Part shown: positions 21,023-29,512 of the stretch, in pieces
Layout of the letters: the number at the start of each line of letters is the position of its first letter
How positions within the stretch are numbered: position 1 is the stretch's first letter
DNA from: an uncultured Planctomycetaceae bacterium
GTDB taxonomy: Bacteria; Planctomycetota; PLA2
Reading direction: 5' to 3'
DNA length: 64,000 nucleotides
Assembly (NCBI GenBank): GCA_964570285.1
Contig: CAZMXP010000010.1
Span: 10,512 to 74,511, forward strand
Made by a program: the position numbers and the translations under genes
The notes under the pieces: model-generated
The model's database searches: none
What the model was told of the DNA's origin: nothing
The model's input: the letters and a program-made list of their open reading frames with translations, nothing else

Positions 21023-21640
21023 AGCACAGAGGCGCAGCACGGCTTGACGCCGCAACCAAATCAGCGACGGCCGAAGGCCGCGCTGCGCCTAGTGAGGAGC
21101 TGCGGGATCCGGGTGACGCGCGCGGGGCAGAGGGCTGCGTGCGTTACTCCCCCGCCGCAGAGGATGGCTGCGAAGCGGCCACAGTGGCGCGGTTCGGGGC
21201 GCCGCACGAGGGCACCACCAGAATTTGCGCAGGGAGCGCGAAGTCTGCGGGTTAGTAGTACAGAGACGCAGAGGAGGAGTGAGGCCGCGACGGGACAGCG
21301 CGGGCCGTGGGCTGGCTGGTCTGCTCGGCGGGCGAGTGTTTCGGGCAGCGACGCCCGCGAACCCCAACTCGCCTCTGTACTAAGAACGCCTGGCTTCTGC
21401 GCCGCTTGGGCGAATTCATGCCCCGGGGATCTCCACGCCGCGAACGAGAACCACGAAGTCACGAAGACACGAAGGAGCCCCCGCGAGCCCGGACGCGAGC
21501 GGCGCCGCGGTCCGGCCTTTCACGTTCTCCGTGCCTTCGTGTCTTCGTGGTGATTGCTCGACATGACGCGTGCGGCGTCTTGCCGTCGTTTGGTTGCGGC
21601 GTGGGGGCCGCGCTGCGTCTCTGTGACTCTGTGCTACTCC
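21023..21640. repeat. Composite ~620-bp member of the repetitive element family; ~25-bp terminal inverted repeats (GGCTTGACGCCGCAACCAAATCAGCGACGG ... CCGTCGTTTGGTTGCGGCGTG), internal IRs (TTAGTAGTACAGAGACGCAGAGG / CCTCTGTACTAA), 3' half homologous to copy 1
   Basis: Read from sequence; segment 21425-21560 aligns to 17995-18140 (CACGAAG / CTCCGTGCCTTCGTG module). Confidence 0.65.
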
Positions 21641-21665
21641 TGCTCGCTTCGGTCGCCGCGGGAGG

Positions 21666-23330
21666 TCAGCGCCGCCAGTACACCCACCACCCGAGCATCA
21701 GGAACACGAGCCCGAGGGCGGCGGCGTGGACAGCCAGCGGGCGGTCGGGGATCGCAGGATCGCCGACGGCGGGCAGCGGGTCGCTCGGCGCGTTCGTCGA
21801 GGTCAGGTCGAGGTCGGGTGCGACCAGATTCACGGCCAGCGTCGCCTCGCCCAGCGTCCAGAACCCCGGCGGGCCGAGCAGGCGGTCGCCGACGCGCCAG
21901 CGTTGGCCGTCGGCACCCTCGGCGACGCCGGAGGTCGGGGAGGGTTCGCCGACCGCGTGGAACTCCGGCACCTCCGAGGCGATCGTCTCGGTCAGGTGCG
22001 CGATCGCGTTGCGCAGGAAGAGCGGGTAGGCGGGCGTCGCCGCGAAGACGGTGCGGTCGGGGTCGAAGCCGAGCGCGAGCCAGCCGGGGCCCTCGCAGGC
22101 GACAGGTCCGCAGGCGGCGCGCGCGAGGGGGCTTCCACCCATGAGGGGGCGCGCGCGCAGCAGCGGCACCGCCGCGGGATCGAATCCCCGCCACAGGGGG
22201 TGGTCGCGCCGCACGTCCAGCAGCACCGACGAGTCCGACCACTCCCCCACCTTGAAGGGGAGGGCGCCGGGAGGGGGAGCGAGGTAGATCGCGCGCGTCC
22301 CGGTCAGCGCGCTGGCCGGGGCGCAGCGGTCGAAGATCAGCAGGTCCGCCTCGACTGCGCCCGCATGGTCGGGGGTCGTCCGCTCCAGCGGGCCGAGCAG
22401 CGAACGCGTCTCCTCCAGGGCCACCAGCGCGGCCGTGAGGAACGGGGAGGGCTCTCCGGCGGCGATGACGACCGCGCGCGGGATGCGCCGCTCAGGCAAG
22501 ATCAGGTAGACCGCGTCGTCGGGCGAGAAGCCGTCCGGGGCACCCTGGCGCCTCAGCGCGACGCGTCCGCTGGCGGGCAGCGGCACGTCGACCGAGCCCT
22601 CGCCGACGAGGCCGCCCTCCAGCGTCACCGGTCCCTTCCCGCGCAGCCCGAGGCGCGCGATCTTGCCCCCGCCTTCGGCATCGGTCAGCACTTCGACCGA
22701 CGCGATGCCGGAGTTCTCGATGGGATCGGTCAGGGTCCTCAGGCGCAGGCCGTCGGGGCGCCCGGGCCGGAAGGTGCAGAGCACGACGTCGGCCTCGCGC
22801 AGCGTGCGCGCCCCCTCGCGCGCGAGATCAAGCGCCTCCGCTCGGTCCCCCGGCAGCCACGCGGGGCGGATCGCGCGCACGAACGCGAGCGCCTCCTCCC
22901 GGTCGCCGCCGCTCCACACCTGCGGGCCCTCGTCGGCGACGGCGATCAGCACAAAGCGCGTGCCCGGCGCGCGGCGCCGGATCTCCGCCTCGGCCAGCCC
23001 GCGAAGCCGGTCGAGGCGCCCGCCCGCCTGCGCCTCGAGGCCGCCGTCGACGACGAGCACGAGATCGCGGATGCTCTCCCTCGCCCCCGGCACGAACGGC
23101 GATCCGGCCGCGAGCGCCGCCGCGAGACAGGCGAGCAGCGCGAGCAGCAGGTCAAGGAGCCTCGTCAGCGCACCGCCGAAGCCCGCGCCGCGGCGGCTTC
23201 CCGAGACCGCCCACAGCGGAAGGAACGGCACGACGACGCGCCGCGCGCGGCGCCGGATCAGGTAGGCCGCGAGCACGAGAAGCGCGCCCAGGCCGAGCCA
23301 GAGACCCGCCGGGAAGGCGAACCGGATCAT
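21666..23330 (-). CDS. BatA-like aerotolerance-regulator N-terminal-domain membrane protein (vWA-like), C-terminal TM anchor
   Basis: MIRFAFPAGLWLGLGALLVLAAYLIRRRARRVVVPFLPLW matches the BatA N-terminal domain; ATG at 23330 overlaps the DUF58 stop (ATGA); alternative ATG at 23342. Confidence 0.6.
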   Translation of the reverse strand: MIRFAFPAGLWLGLGALLVLAAYLIRRRARRVVVPFLPLWAVSGSRRGAGFGGALTRLLDLLLALLACLAAALAAGSPFVPGARESIRDLVLVVDGGLEAQAGGRLDRLRGLAEAEIRRRAPGTRFVLIAVADEGPQVWSGGDREEALAFVRAIRPAWLPGDRAEALDLAREGARTLREADVVLCTFRPGRPDGLRLRTLTDPIENSGIASVEVLTDAEGGGKIARLGLRGKGPVTLEGGLVGEGSVDVPLPASGRVALRRQGAPDGFSPDDAVYLILPERRIPRAVVIAAGEPSPFLTAALVALEETRSLLGPLERTTPDHAGAVEADLLIFDRCAPASALTGTRAIYLAPPPGALPFKVGEWSDSSVLLDVRRDHPLWRGFDPAAVPLLRARPLMGGSPLARAACGPVACEGPGWLALGFDPDRTVFAATPAYPLFLRNAIAHLTETIASEVPEFHAVGEPSPTSGVAEGADGQRWRVGDRLLGPPGFWTLGEATLAVNLVAPDLDLTSTNAPSDPLPAVGDPAIPDRPLAVHAAALGLVFLMLGWWVYWRR

Positions 23331-24211
23331 CGCGACAGCCATCCGCGGGCGATCGCCGCGCGCACGATCTCGAAGAGGGGCTGATCCGCACGCACGCGCA
23401 GGAAGCCGATGCCGGTGCGTCGGCAGAAGGCCGAGAGCCCCGTCACGCGCGCCTCGCGCGCCCGATGGTAGGCGTCGACGCTCTCGCGCGTGATCTCGAG
23501 GCGCAGCGTCTCGCCGGTCTCGGAGTCGACAAGGCGGGTGCGCCCGGGGGGCGGCGGCATCAGCGCCTGCGGGTCCTCGATCAGCAGCGCGCGCACGCGG
23601 TAGCGGTGCCCTTGCAGGCGCGAGAGTGCCGCCGCGGCCCCCTTCGGATCGAAGAAGTCGCTGACGACGAAGGCGACCCCGCCGCGCGCGTGGCGCGGCA
23701 ACCGGCCCTTCAGCGCCGCGAGAAGATCCGTCGGGCCCGAGACCTCGCTGTCGATCGCCTCGAGCAGGTCGGCGCTCCGCCCCTCGGGGCCCATGGCCCG
23801 CGCCGCGGGCGTCGGGCCCCCCCCCGGGCCCCCCCCCGGGCCCCCCCCCATTCGCAGATGCTGCACGCGCTCGCGCTGCGAGAGCGCGATGGTGCCCAGC
23901 GCGGCGCAGACCTTCGCCGCCGTCTCCGCCGCGCGGCCGCGCATGCTCGCGGTCGAGTCCTGCACGAGCAGCAGGTCGATCGCCTCCTCGGCGTCGAACT
24001 CCTTCACGGCGAGCGTGTCCATGCGCGCATAGACATGCCAGTCCACCCGCCGCAGCGCGTCGCCGGGGTGGTAGGCGCGGTGCTCGCGAAAGCCGCTGCC
24101 CGGCCCGGCGCGGCGCATCGCGCGCTCGCCCTGCAACTGGCCGCGGCGCACCTTCGCGGCGAGCAGTTCCAACTGGCGCACCTGCGCCATCTCGCGCGCG
24201 GTGAGGATCAT
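23327..24211 (-). CDS. DUF58 family protein (MoxR-associated vWA-like)
   Basis: REMAQVRQLELLAAKVRRG...YHPGDALRRVDWHVYARMD...VKEFDAEE is the DUF58 signature; contains (GGGP)x3 encoded by a C/G homopolymer tract. Confidence 0.7.
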   Translation of the reverse strand: MILTAREMAQVRQLELLAAKVRRGQLQGERAMRRAGPGSGFREHRAYHPGDALRRVDWHVYARMDTLAVKEFDAEEAIDLLLVQDSTASMRGRAAETAAKVCAALGTIALSQRERVQHLRMGGGPGGGPGGGPTPAARAMGPEGRSADLLEAIDSEVSGPTDLLAALKGRLPRHARGGVAFVVSDFFDPKGAAAALSRLQGHRYRVRALLIEDPQALMPPPPGRTRLVDSETGETLRLEITRESVDAYHRAREARVTGLSAFCRRTGIGFLRVRADQPLFEIVRAAIARGWLSR

Positions 24212-25410
24212 CGGACCCTCCGCTCGAGCTGTTCGAAGTAGCGGCGCACGAGTTCGCGCGCGGCGGGCGAGAGGCCGGGCCGGTTCAGCGCGGCCTCCCT
24301 CCGGCGCTGCAGTTCAGGCCACGCCTCCTGCAGCGTGCGCTCCTGCGGCGCGCCGCCGCCGGGCACCTCGATGGGCACCTTCGCGAGTTTCTCGACCATC
24401 TCGCCTTCGCGCACGAGCGGCTCGACGAACTCGGGGCGGCGCACCTGCGGCGGCGACGCGCCTCCGCCGCCCGGATTCTCGGGGGGTTCGGGGGGGCTCG
24501 GCGGCGGATCTCCGGGGGTGTCGGGCGGTTCGATGCGGAAGCGGTAGACGTTGCTTGCCAGCGCGCCCGCGCGGGCGACCGCCTCATGGTCGCCGGGCTC
24601 CGCCTGCGCGAGGAACGCGCGGAGGTCGAGGGCGGCGAAGTCGATGCCCGGTGCGCCGGCCGCGAGGAAGAGCCGCCGTCCGGTCGCCTGGCCCTCGCCG
24701 CCGTCGATGGCGATCGTGACCGGCAGATCGATCTCCCCCACGGGCGGCGCGAGCGACTCGAGAACGACCTGCACGGGAACCGGCACCCCCGGCGGATAGG
24801 CCGCGCGCTCGCCGACGAGCGCGAGCCGCAACGGCAGCGCCTGCTCGCCCGCCGAGGGGTCGCCAGGCACGGGCGCCGGGCCGCTCGTACCGCCCGCGAC
24901 GCCGGGCAGCAGCGCGACGGCCAAGACCAGCAGCACGGCGAGAAGGATGAGCGGCTTTCGCGCGCGGGGCGCTCGGACGGGCACGGCCGGGGGCGACTCC
25001 ACCACGGCGCGGGCGACAAGCGCGGCGAAGGGCCCGCGGGCCTCCAGCGCCGCGGCATGCCGGTCGGTCTGCAGGGCGGCGTCGAGGTGGCGGGCGACCG
25101 CGGCGGGGCTCTGGCGCAGCAGCAGGGGAGCGCCCAAGCGCACGGCCAGGGCCGCCAGCGCGACGACGGCGAGCATGCGGGCGCCCTGGACCAGGCCCTG
25201 GACCGAGATCAGCAGGTAGCCGAAGAGCCGCTCCGCCGCGGAGGGGTCGGGCAGCGACCACGGCAGGCGCGGGCCATACCCGGCGCGGTCGAGGAAGAGC
25301 AGCAGCGCCGCGCCGAGCGCGCCGAGAAGCGCGACTTCGAAGGCAAGCCGCCGCGCCCGCGCCCGCGCGAGGGCCCGCGAGATGCCCGAGAGCAGCCGTT
25401 CGACCGTCAT
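24208..25410 (-). CDS. Hypothetical membrane protein, first gene of the DUF58/BatA-like operon
   Basis: Several TM helices; 4-nt overlap with DUF58 gene; Pro-rich linker PPDTPGDPPPSPPEPPENPGGGG. Confidence 0.5.
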   Translation of the reverse strand: MTVERLLSGISRALARARARRLAFEVALLGALGAALLLFLDRAGYGPRLPWSLPDPSAAERLFGYLLISVQGLVQGARMLAVVALAALAVRLGAPLLLRQSPAAVARHLDAALQTDRHAAALEARGPFAALVARAVVESPPAVPVRAPRARKPLILLAVLLVLAVALLPGVAGGTSGPAPVPGDPSAGEQALPLRLALVGERAAYPPGVPVPVQVVLESLAPPVGEIDLPVTIAIDGGEGQATGRRLFLAAGAPGIDFAALDLRAFLAQAEPGDHEAVARAGALASNVYRFRIEPPDTPGDPPPSPPEPPENPGGGGASPPQVRRPEFVEPLVREGEMVEKLAKVPIEVPGGGAPQERTLQEAWPELQRRREAALNRPGLSPAARELVRRYFEQLERRVR

Positions 25411-25443
25411 AACCCCTTGGAAGGGCGCATCTTACCAGTCTCG

Positions 25444-25472
25444 TTGACTTGCGCGACAGCCGGCTCTATGGT
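25444..25472 (+). promoter_or_regulatory. Sigma70-like promoter TTGACT-N17-TATGGT upstream of the 25490 gene
   Basis: -35 at 25444-25449, -10 at 25467-25472, 17-nt spacer; ATG 18 nt downstream, so a near-leaderless or short leader. Confidence 0.4.
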
Positions 25473-25489
25473 GCGGACCAGGCCCTGCC

Positions 25490-26080
25490 ATGCAAGCCAG
25501 CCCCATCAAGGTGATCGCCCTCTGCTCCTGCATGCTCGGCGTCTTCTTCCTGTTCAAGAGCGTCTCGATCAAGACGCCGAAATATGTGCTGCACGAACTG
25601 CTCTCGTTCAAGGTCAACAAGAGCCGCTTCTTCAGGCGCTACATCGGCCAGCAGCTCGACGCGCTGATCGGCTTCCTCTTCCTGACCGTCGGCTTCGTGT
25701 TGCAGGTCTACCTCGAGATCCACGGGCTGCAAGAGCAGGAGGGGGGGGGCGCGGGGGGGACCACCCGCGGCTTCGAGAGCTGGTGGATCGTGATCGGATG
25801 CACGGTCGTCATCCTGCTCTTCATCGTCTTCCTGCTCGCGAAGATCGCGCGCTATTTCGGCGGGAAGATCTTCGTCGAGCACGTCCGGTTCATGGTCGTC
25901 ACCCACGGCTTCCCGCTCGAGAGCGACGGACCGCTGGTCCTCGAGCTGGGGAGCATCATGCGCATCGAGCGCGACGAAGAGGACACGCTGGAGTCCTACT
26001 GCAAGAAGGTGAGGGAGAAGATGAAGGTGGGCCCCGCGTTGCCCGCCGCCGGCAAGGGCCGCTCCCCCGGGCTGCGATGA
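25490..26080 (+). CDS. Small membrane protein (3 predicted TM helices) containing G10 and G7 homopolymer tracts
   Basis: ATG 25490; hydrophobic segments; GC3 bias consistent with coding. Confidence 0.5.
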   Translation: MQASPIKVIALCSCMLGVFFLFKSVSIKTPKYVLHELLSFKVNKSRFFRRYIGQQLDALIGFLFLTVGFVLQVYLEIHGLQEQEGGGAGGTTRGFESWWIVIGCTVVILLFIVFLLAKIARYFGGKIFVEHVRFMVVTHGFPLESDGPLVLELGSIMRIERDEEDTLESYCKKVREKMKVGPALPAAGKGRSPGLR

Positions 26081-26400
26081 CGCTCCTGCTGCACGGCCTG
26101 TCGACGGTCCTCTTCCTCGCCTGCGGGCGCGTCTACTTCCACGGACGCTTCCGCGGCGCCGCCGCCCTCGCCGCCGCCCACGCCGCCGTCGCGTCCGCCG
26201 TCGCGATCCGGACCCTCCCGCCCGTGGCCGCCGCGGCGACCCTGCTCCTGCTGCTCGCGCTGCCCCTCGGCTTCGTCGCGCTCCACGCCGTGGACGCGCG
26301 GCAGGGGCTCTTCCTGCTGCCGACGATCTACTCGATCCCGATCGCGTTCGTCGCGGGGGCGCTCCTGTGGGGGCTGCTGACGCTCGTGCTCCTCTTCTAG
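26077..26400 (+). CDS. Small hydrophobic membrane protein (107 aa)
   Basis: ATG 26077 overlapping the upstream stop; three TM helices. Confidence 0.4.
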   Translation: MTLLLHGLSTVLFLACGRVYFHGRFRGAAALAAAHAAVASAVAIRTLPPVAAAATLLLLLALPLGFVALHAVDARQGLFLLPTIYSIPIAFVAGALLWGLLTLVLLF

Positions 26401-26406
26401 CGCCCG

Positions 26407-27531
26407 ATGCGCCCCCCCCGCTTCTTCCTCTGCGCCGGCGAGCCGAGCGGCGTCGCGATCGGCGCGACGCTGATGCGCACGCTGAAGCGCCGCTGCCCGG
26501 GCGCGACCTTCGCGGGGCTCGGCGGCGACGCGATGATCGCCGAGGGGCTGCGCCTCATCTACGACCCCGCGCGCACCGCGACGATGTGGCTCTGGGGCAA
26601 TCTCAAGCGCATCCCCGCCCACCGGCGCGCGCTGCGCGCCTGCGTCGAGGACTGGGAGCGCGAGCGCCCCGACGTCGTCGTCACGATCGACTACCAGGCG
26701 TTCCACCTCTACATCGGCACCCGCGCCCGCGCGCTCGGCATCCCGGTGGTGCACTATGTCGGCTCGCAGTTCTGGGCGCGGCGCTACTTCACGCTGGAGC
26801 CGATCCGCCGCGCCTACAGCCACGTGCTGCTGATCCACGAGTTCGAGAAGGCCTACTACGACAAGGCACAAATCCCCGCGACCTTCGTCGGCCACCCGCT
26901 CTTCGAGCGCCTCGCCGAGCGCCCCCTCGACGACGCGAAGGTCGCGCGCCTTCGCTCGCTGCCGCCGCCGCGTCTCGGCCTCCTGCCCGGCAGCCGCCAC
27001 GGCGAGATCACCGGCGTGCTGCCGGTCATGCTCGAGGCGGCGCTCGCTCTCCCCGCGCCCCTCACCCTTCTCATCTCCTGCGCGCGCCCCGACTCCCGGG
27101 CCTTCCTCGAGGCGGAGGTCGGCAAGCGCCGCCTGCGCGCCGAGATCCTCGACAGCTCCTCCGCGGAGATCCTCTCGGCATCGGACGCGGCGCTCATCAC
27201 GAGCGGCTCCGCGTCGATGGAGGCGGTCTACTTCGACACGCCCGCCGCGGTGCTCTACCGCCTCTCGCCGCTCTCCTACTTCTTCGCCAAGCCGCACATC
27301 ACCTGCCCGATCGCGCAGCCCAATCTCGTCGCGGGCAGGATCTTCATGCCCGAGTTCCTGCTTCCGTCGGGCCGCAGCGACGGCGTCGCCGCGGCGGCGC
27401 GCACGCTGCTCGTCGATCCCGGGGCGCGCGCGGCGCAGCGCGCCGAGTTCGCGGCGATCCGAGAGCGGCTCCTGCGCCACCCCGCGCCGAGCGAGGCCGC
27501 CGCCGACGTCGTCTGCAGCTTCCTGCCGTGA
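26407..27531 (+). CDS. lpxB: Lipid-A-disaccharide synthase
   Basis: N-terminal FFLCAGEPSGVAIGATL matches the LpxB signature (AGExSGD); GT-B fold length. Confidence 0.85.
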   Translation: MRPPRFFLCAGEPSGVAIGATLMRTLKRRCPGATFAGLGGDAMIAEGLRLIYDPARTATMWLWGNLKRIPAHRRALRACVEDWERERPDVVVTIDYQAFHLYIGTRARALGIPVVHYVGSQFWARRYFTLEPIRRAYSHVLLIHEFEKAYYDKAQIPATFVGHPLFERLAERPLDDAKVARLRSLPPPRLGLLPGSRHGEITGVLPVMLEAALALPAPLTLLISCARPDSRAFLEAEVGKRRLRAEILDSSSAEILSASDAALITSGSASMEAVYFDTPAAVLYRLSPLSYFFAKPHITCPIAQPNLVAGRIFMPEFLLPSGRSDGVAAAARTLLVDPGARAAQRAEFAAIRERLLRHPAPSEAAADVVCSFLP

Positions 27532-28091
27532 GCGAGCGCGCGGAGTGGGAGCGGCAGATCGAGGAGGCGCGGCCGCGCCTCGTGCTCTGGGTGGCGGCGC
27601 GCCTCGGCACGAGGCTGCGGGCAAGGATCGAAGCGGAGGACATCGTGCAGGAGATCCTGCTGAAGGCGTTCGAGGGGCTCGCGACCTTCGAGCCGAAGCA
27701 CGAGCACTCGCTGCTCGCGTGGCTCTTCACGATCGCCGAGCACCGGATCGCCGACCTCGCCGACCACTTCGGCGCCGCCAAGCGCGACGGGGAACGCGAG
27801 CGCGAGATCCACTCGCGCATCGCCGCGTCGCAGACAAGCCCCAGCATGCGCGCGAGCCGCGAGGAGCAGAAGGAACTGCTCTGGCTCGCGATGTCGGCGC
27901 TCTCCGAGCGCCACCGCGAGATCCTCCGCCTGCGCCGCTTCGAGATGCTGTCGAACGAGGAAGCGGGCGAGCGGATGGGCATCACCGCCAAGAACGCATC
28001 CGTCCTCTACGTCCGCGCCGTCGAGGCGATGCGCAAGGTGATGACGGGGGGGCTCGGGGGGGCGGAGCGCAGCGCAGTCCCCCCCGAATGA
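27528..28091 (+). CDS. ECF (sigma-70 family group IV) RNA polymerase sigma factor; last 15 codons and stop supplied by the G7/C7 repeat module
   Basis: Region 2 (DIVQEILLKAFEGLATF) and region 4 (LSERHREILRLRRFEMLSNEEAGERMGITAKNASVLYVRA); GTG start overlapping lpxB stop. Confidence 0.8.
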   Translation: MSERAEWERQIEEARPRLVLWVAARLGTRLRARIEAEDIVQEILLKAFEGLATFEPKHEHSLLAWLFTIAEHRIADLADHFGAAKRDGEREREIHSRIAASQTSPSMRASREEQKELLWLAMSALSERHREILRLRRFEMLSNEEAGERMGITAKNASVLYVRAVEAMRKVMTGGLGGAERSAVPPE

Positions 28092-28170
28092 TCCAGGGGA
28101 TCGGGGGGGCTTGCCCCCCATAGCGCGCAGCGCGACGGGGGGCGGAGCGGAGTCCCCCCTGAGTAATCCG
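28046..28170. repeat. Two tandem copies of G7-loop-C7 module (GGGGGGGC.CGGGGGGGCGGAG[CGCAGCGCAG]TCCCCCCCGA.T.ATCC)
   Basis: Read from sequence; a third near-identical copy sits at 45078-45116 at the 3' end of an unrelated gene. Confidence 0.6.
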
Positions 28171-28261
28171 AAGGGCGAGCGGTAGGCCTTGCGCCAGTTG
28201 CGCTGACATGGAGGGTTGGCAGTACAAGCCTCGGGCGCTGCGCGCCCTCGCTATGGCCTGC

Positions 28262-28452
28262 GTCAGAACCGGATCGCGGGTAGCTGATTTGCTGAGGAAC
28301 CCAGGAAGAGAGGAGTCCATGAGTGCAGGTTGGAGCATCTCGGGACTCAGATGGATCGATTGCGCCTCCACCTTGACTCCTGGGTTCCTAGATTCCTGGG
28401 TTCCTTCTTCCAACCTCACGACGAAGGCTGTGGTCCGCCGCACCGCGCAGTC
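28262..28452 (-). repeat. Partial, inverted copy of the repetitive element family (5' GGAACCCAGGAA...TTCCTGGGTTCC module)
   Basis: Reverse complement of 28380-28450 aligns to 45161-45235 (GCGGTGGACCACCGCCTTCGTCTTG...GGAAGAAGGAACCCAGGAACTTAGGAACC). Confidence 0.6.
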
Positions 28453-28638
28453 CTCGGTGCAGTTGCATCCTGAGAAGGTTGCGCGGCAAGCTCCTGGTGC
28501 GCCCCGGAACGCACTTCGCGCCTGAATCCCGAACAACCCAGGAGAGCGGCACCCGGTGGTGGCACAGAGAGCCCGTGGCGGCCTCGTACGCGGCACGAGG
28601 GGGTCTTTAGGAAGCTCGTTCCCGGTGCGCGGCTGCGG

Positions 28639-29391
28639 TTGGACGTCCTCGGCGGCAGTAGAATCTGTCGCGTGGGGCGTTGTGTCGTGCTCCTCGTGGC
28701 GTTGGGGGCTGCCGTGGGCGGGTGCGGCTTCGGCCGCATCGCCGATGCGGTCTGCAGCGCCGCCGCGTTCGGCTTCACGACCGGCTGCGACACCGGATCC
28801 ACGTCGCTGGTCGCGGGCGCGCCGCGCGTCGATGTCGTCGATGCGGAGACAGGGGACCGATCCGCGCTGTCGAGCCCGAGCCTGGGCGGCGGCGCCGACT
28901 TCGCGGTCGGAGCGATCGCCTGGGACGGCGGCGACGGCTGCGTCGTCATGGTCGCGGAGGAGAGGGACGCGCTTTACGCGGTCGACGGCGGGAGCGGCGC
29001 GCGCAGGGTGATCTCCGACCTCGGTCGCGGACAGGGCCCGCCCTTCGACGCGATGCGCGGAGTGGCCGTCGATGCGTCCCGTCGGATGGCCTACGTGTCG
29101 GACGTGGGGCTCGACGCGTTGGTCGCCGTCGATCTCGCGACCGGCGATCGCGTGATCGTGGCCGGGCCCGGGACCGGGAGCGGCCCCTCCCTAGGGAACG
29201 TCCCCTTCTTCGTGCTCGGCTCCGACCTCGAGCACGCCTATCTGGTGGACTGGGACAGCGACCGACTGCTGCGCGTCGACCTCGCCACCGGCAATCGGAC
29301 CGTGCTCTCCTCGGAGGGTCTCGCGGGCCGCACCCCCTGGTCCATGGCGCTCTCTCCCAGCCGCAACCGTCTCTACGTCACGCGCTACTGA
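28639..29391 (+). CDS. Lipoprotein with beta-propeller (NHL/YVTN-like) repeats
   Basis: Lipobox VLLVALGAAVGGCG; repeated D-x-x-x-x-R-x-[LV]-x-V-D-L and AYVSDVGLDALVAVDLATG motifs. Confidence 0.55.
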   Translation: MDVLGGSRICRVGRCVVLLVALGAAVGGCGFGRIADAVCSAAAFGFTTGCDTGSTSLVAGAPRVDVVDAETGDRSALSSPSLGGGADFAVGAIAWDGGDGCVVMVAEERDALYAVDGGSGARRVISDLGRGQGPPFDAMRGVAVDASRRMAYVSDVGLDALVAVDLATGDRVIVAGPGTGSGPSLGNVPFFVLGSDLEHAYLVDWDSDRLLRVDLATGNRTVLSSEGLAGRTPWSMALSPSRNRLYVTRY

Positions 29392-29512
29392 GCGGCGACG
29401 CGCGGCGCGGCCCTCGGCTGTCGCCCGTCTGGTTGGCGCGTGCGGATCAGAGCGGAGCCAAAGCTCCGGCGGTCGAGGATAGACTGGGAAGACCCGCCTG
29501 CCCGTCGTCGAA

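Noticed and set aside
18464-21055. 863-aa minus-strand ORF
   Set aside because: Only the last 170 codons (DinB-like, 18464-18976) have an RBS and family signature. The remainder is antisense to the M48 lipoprotein and PLP-enzyme genes.
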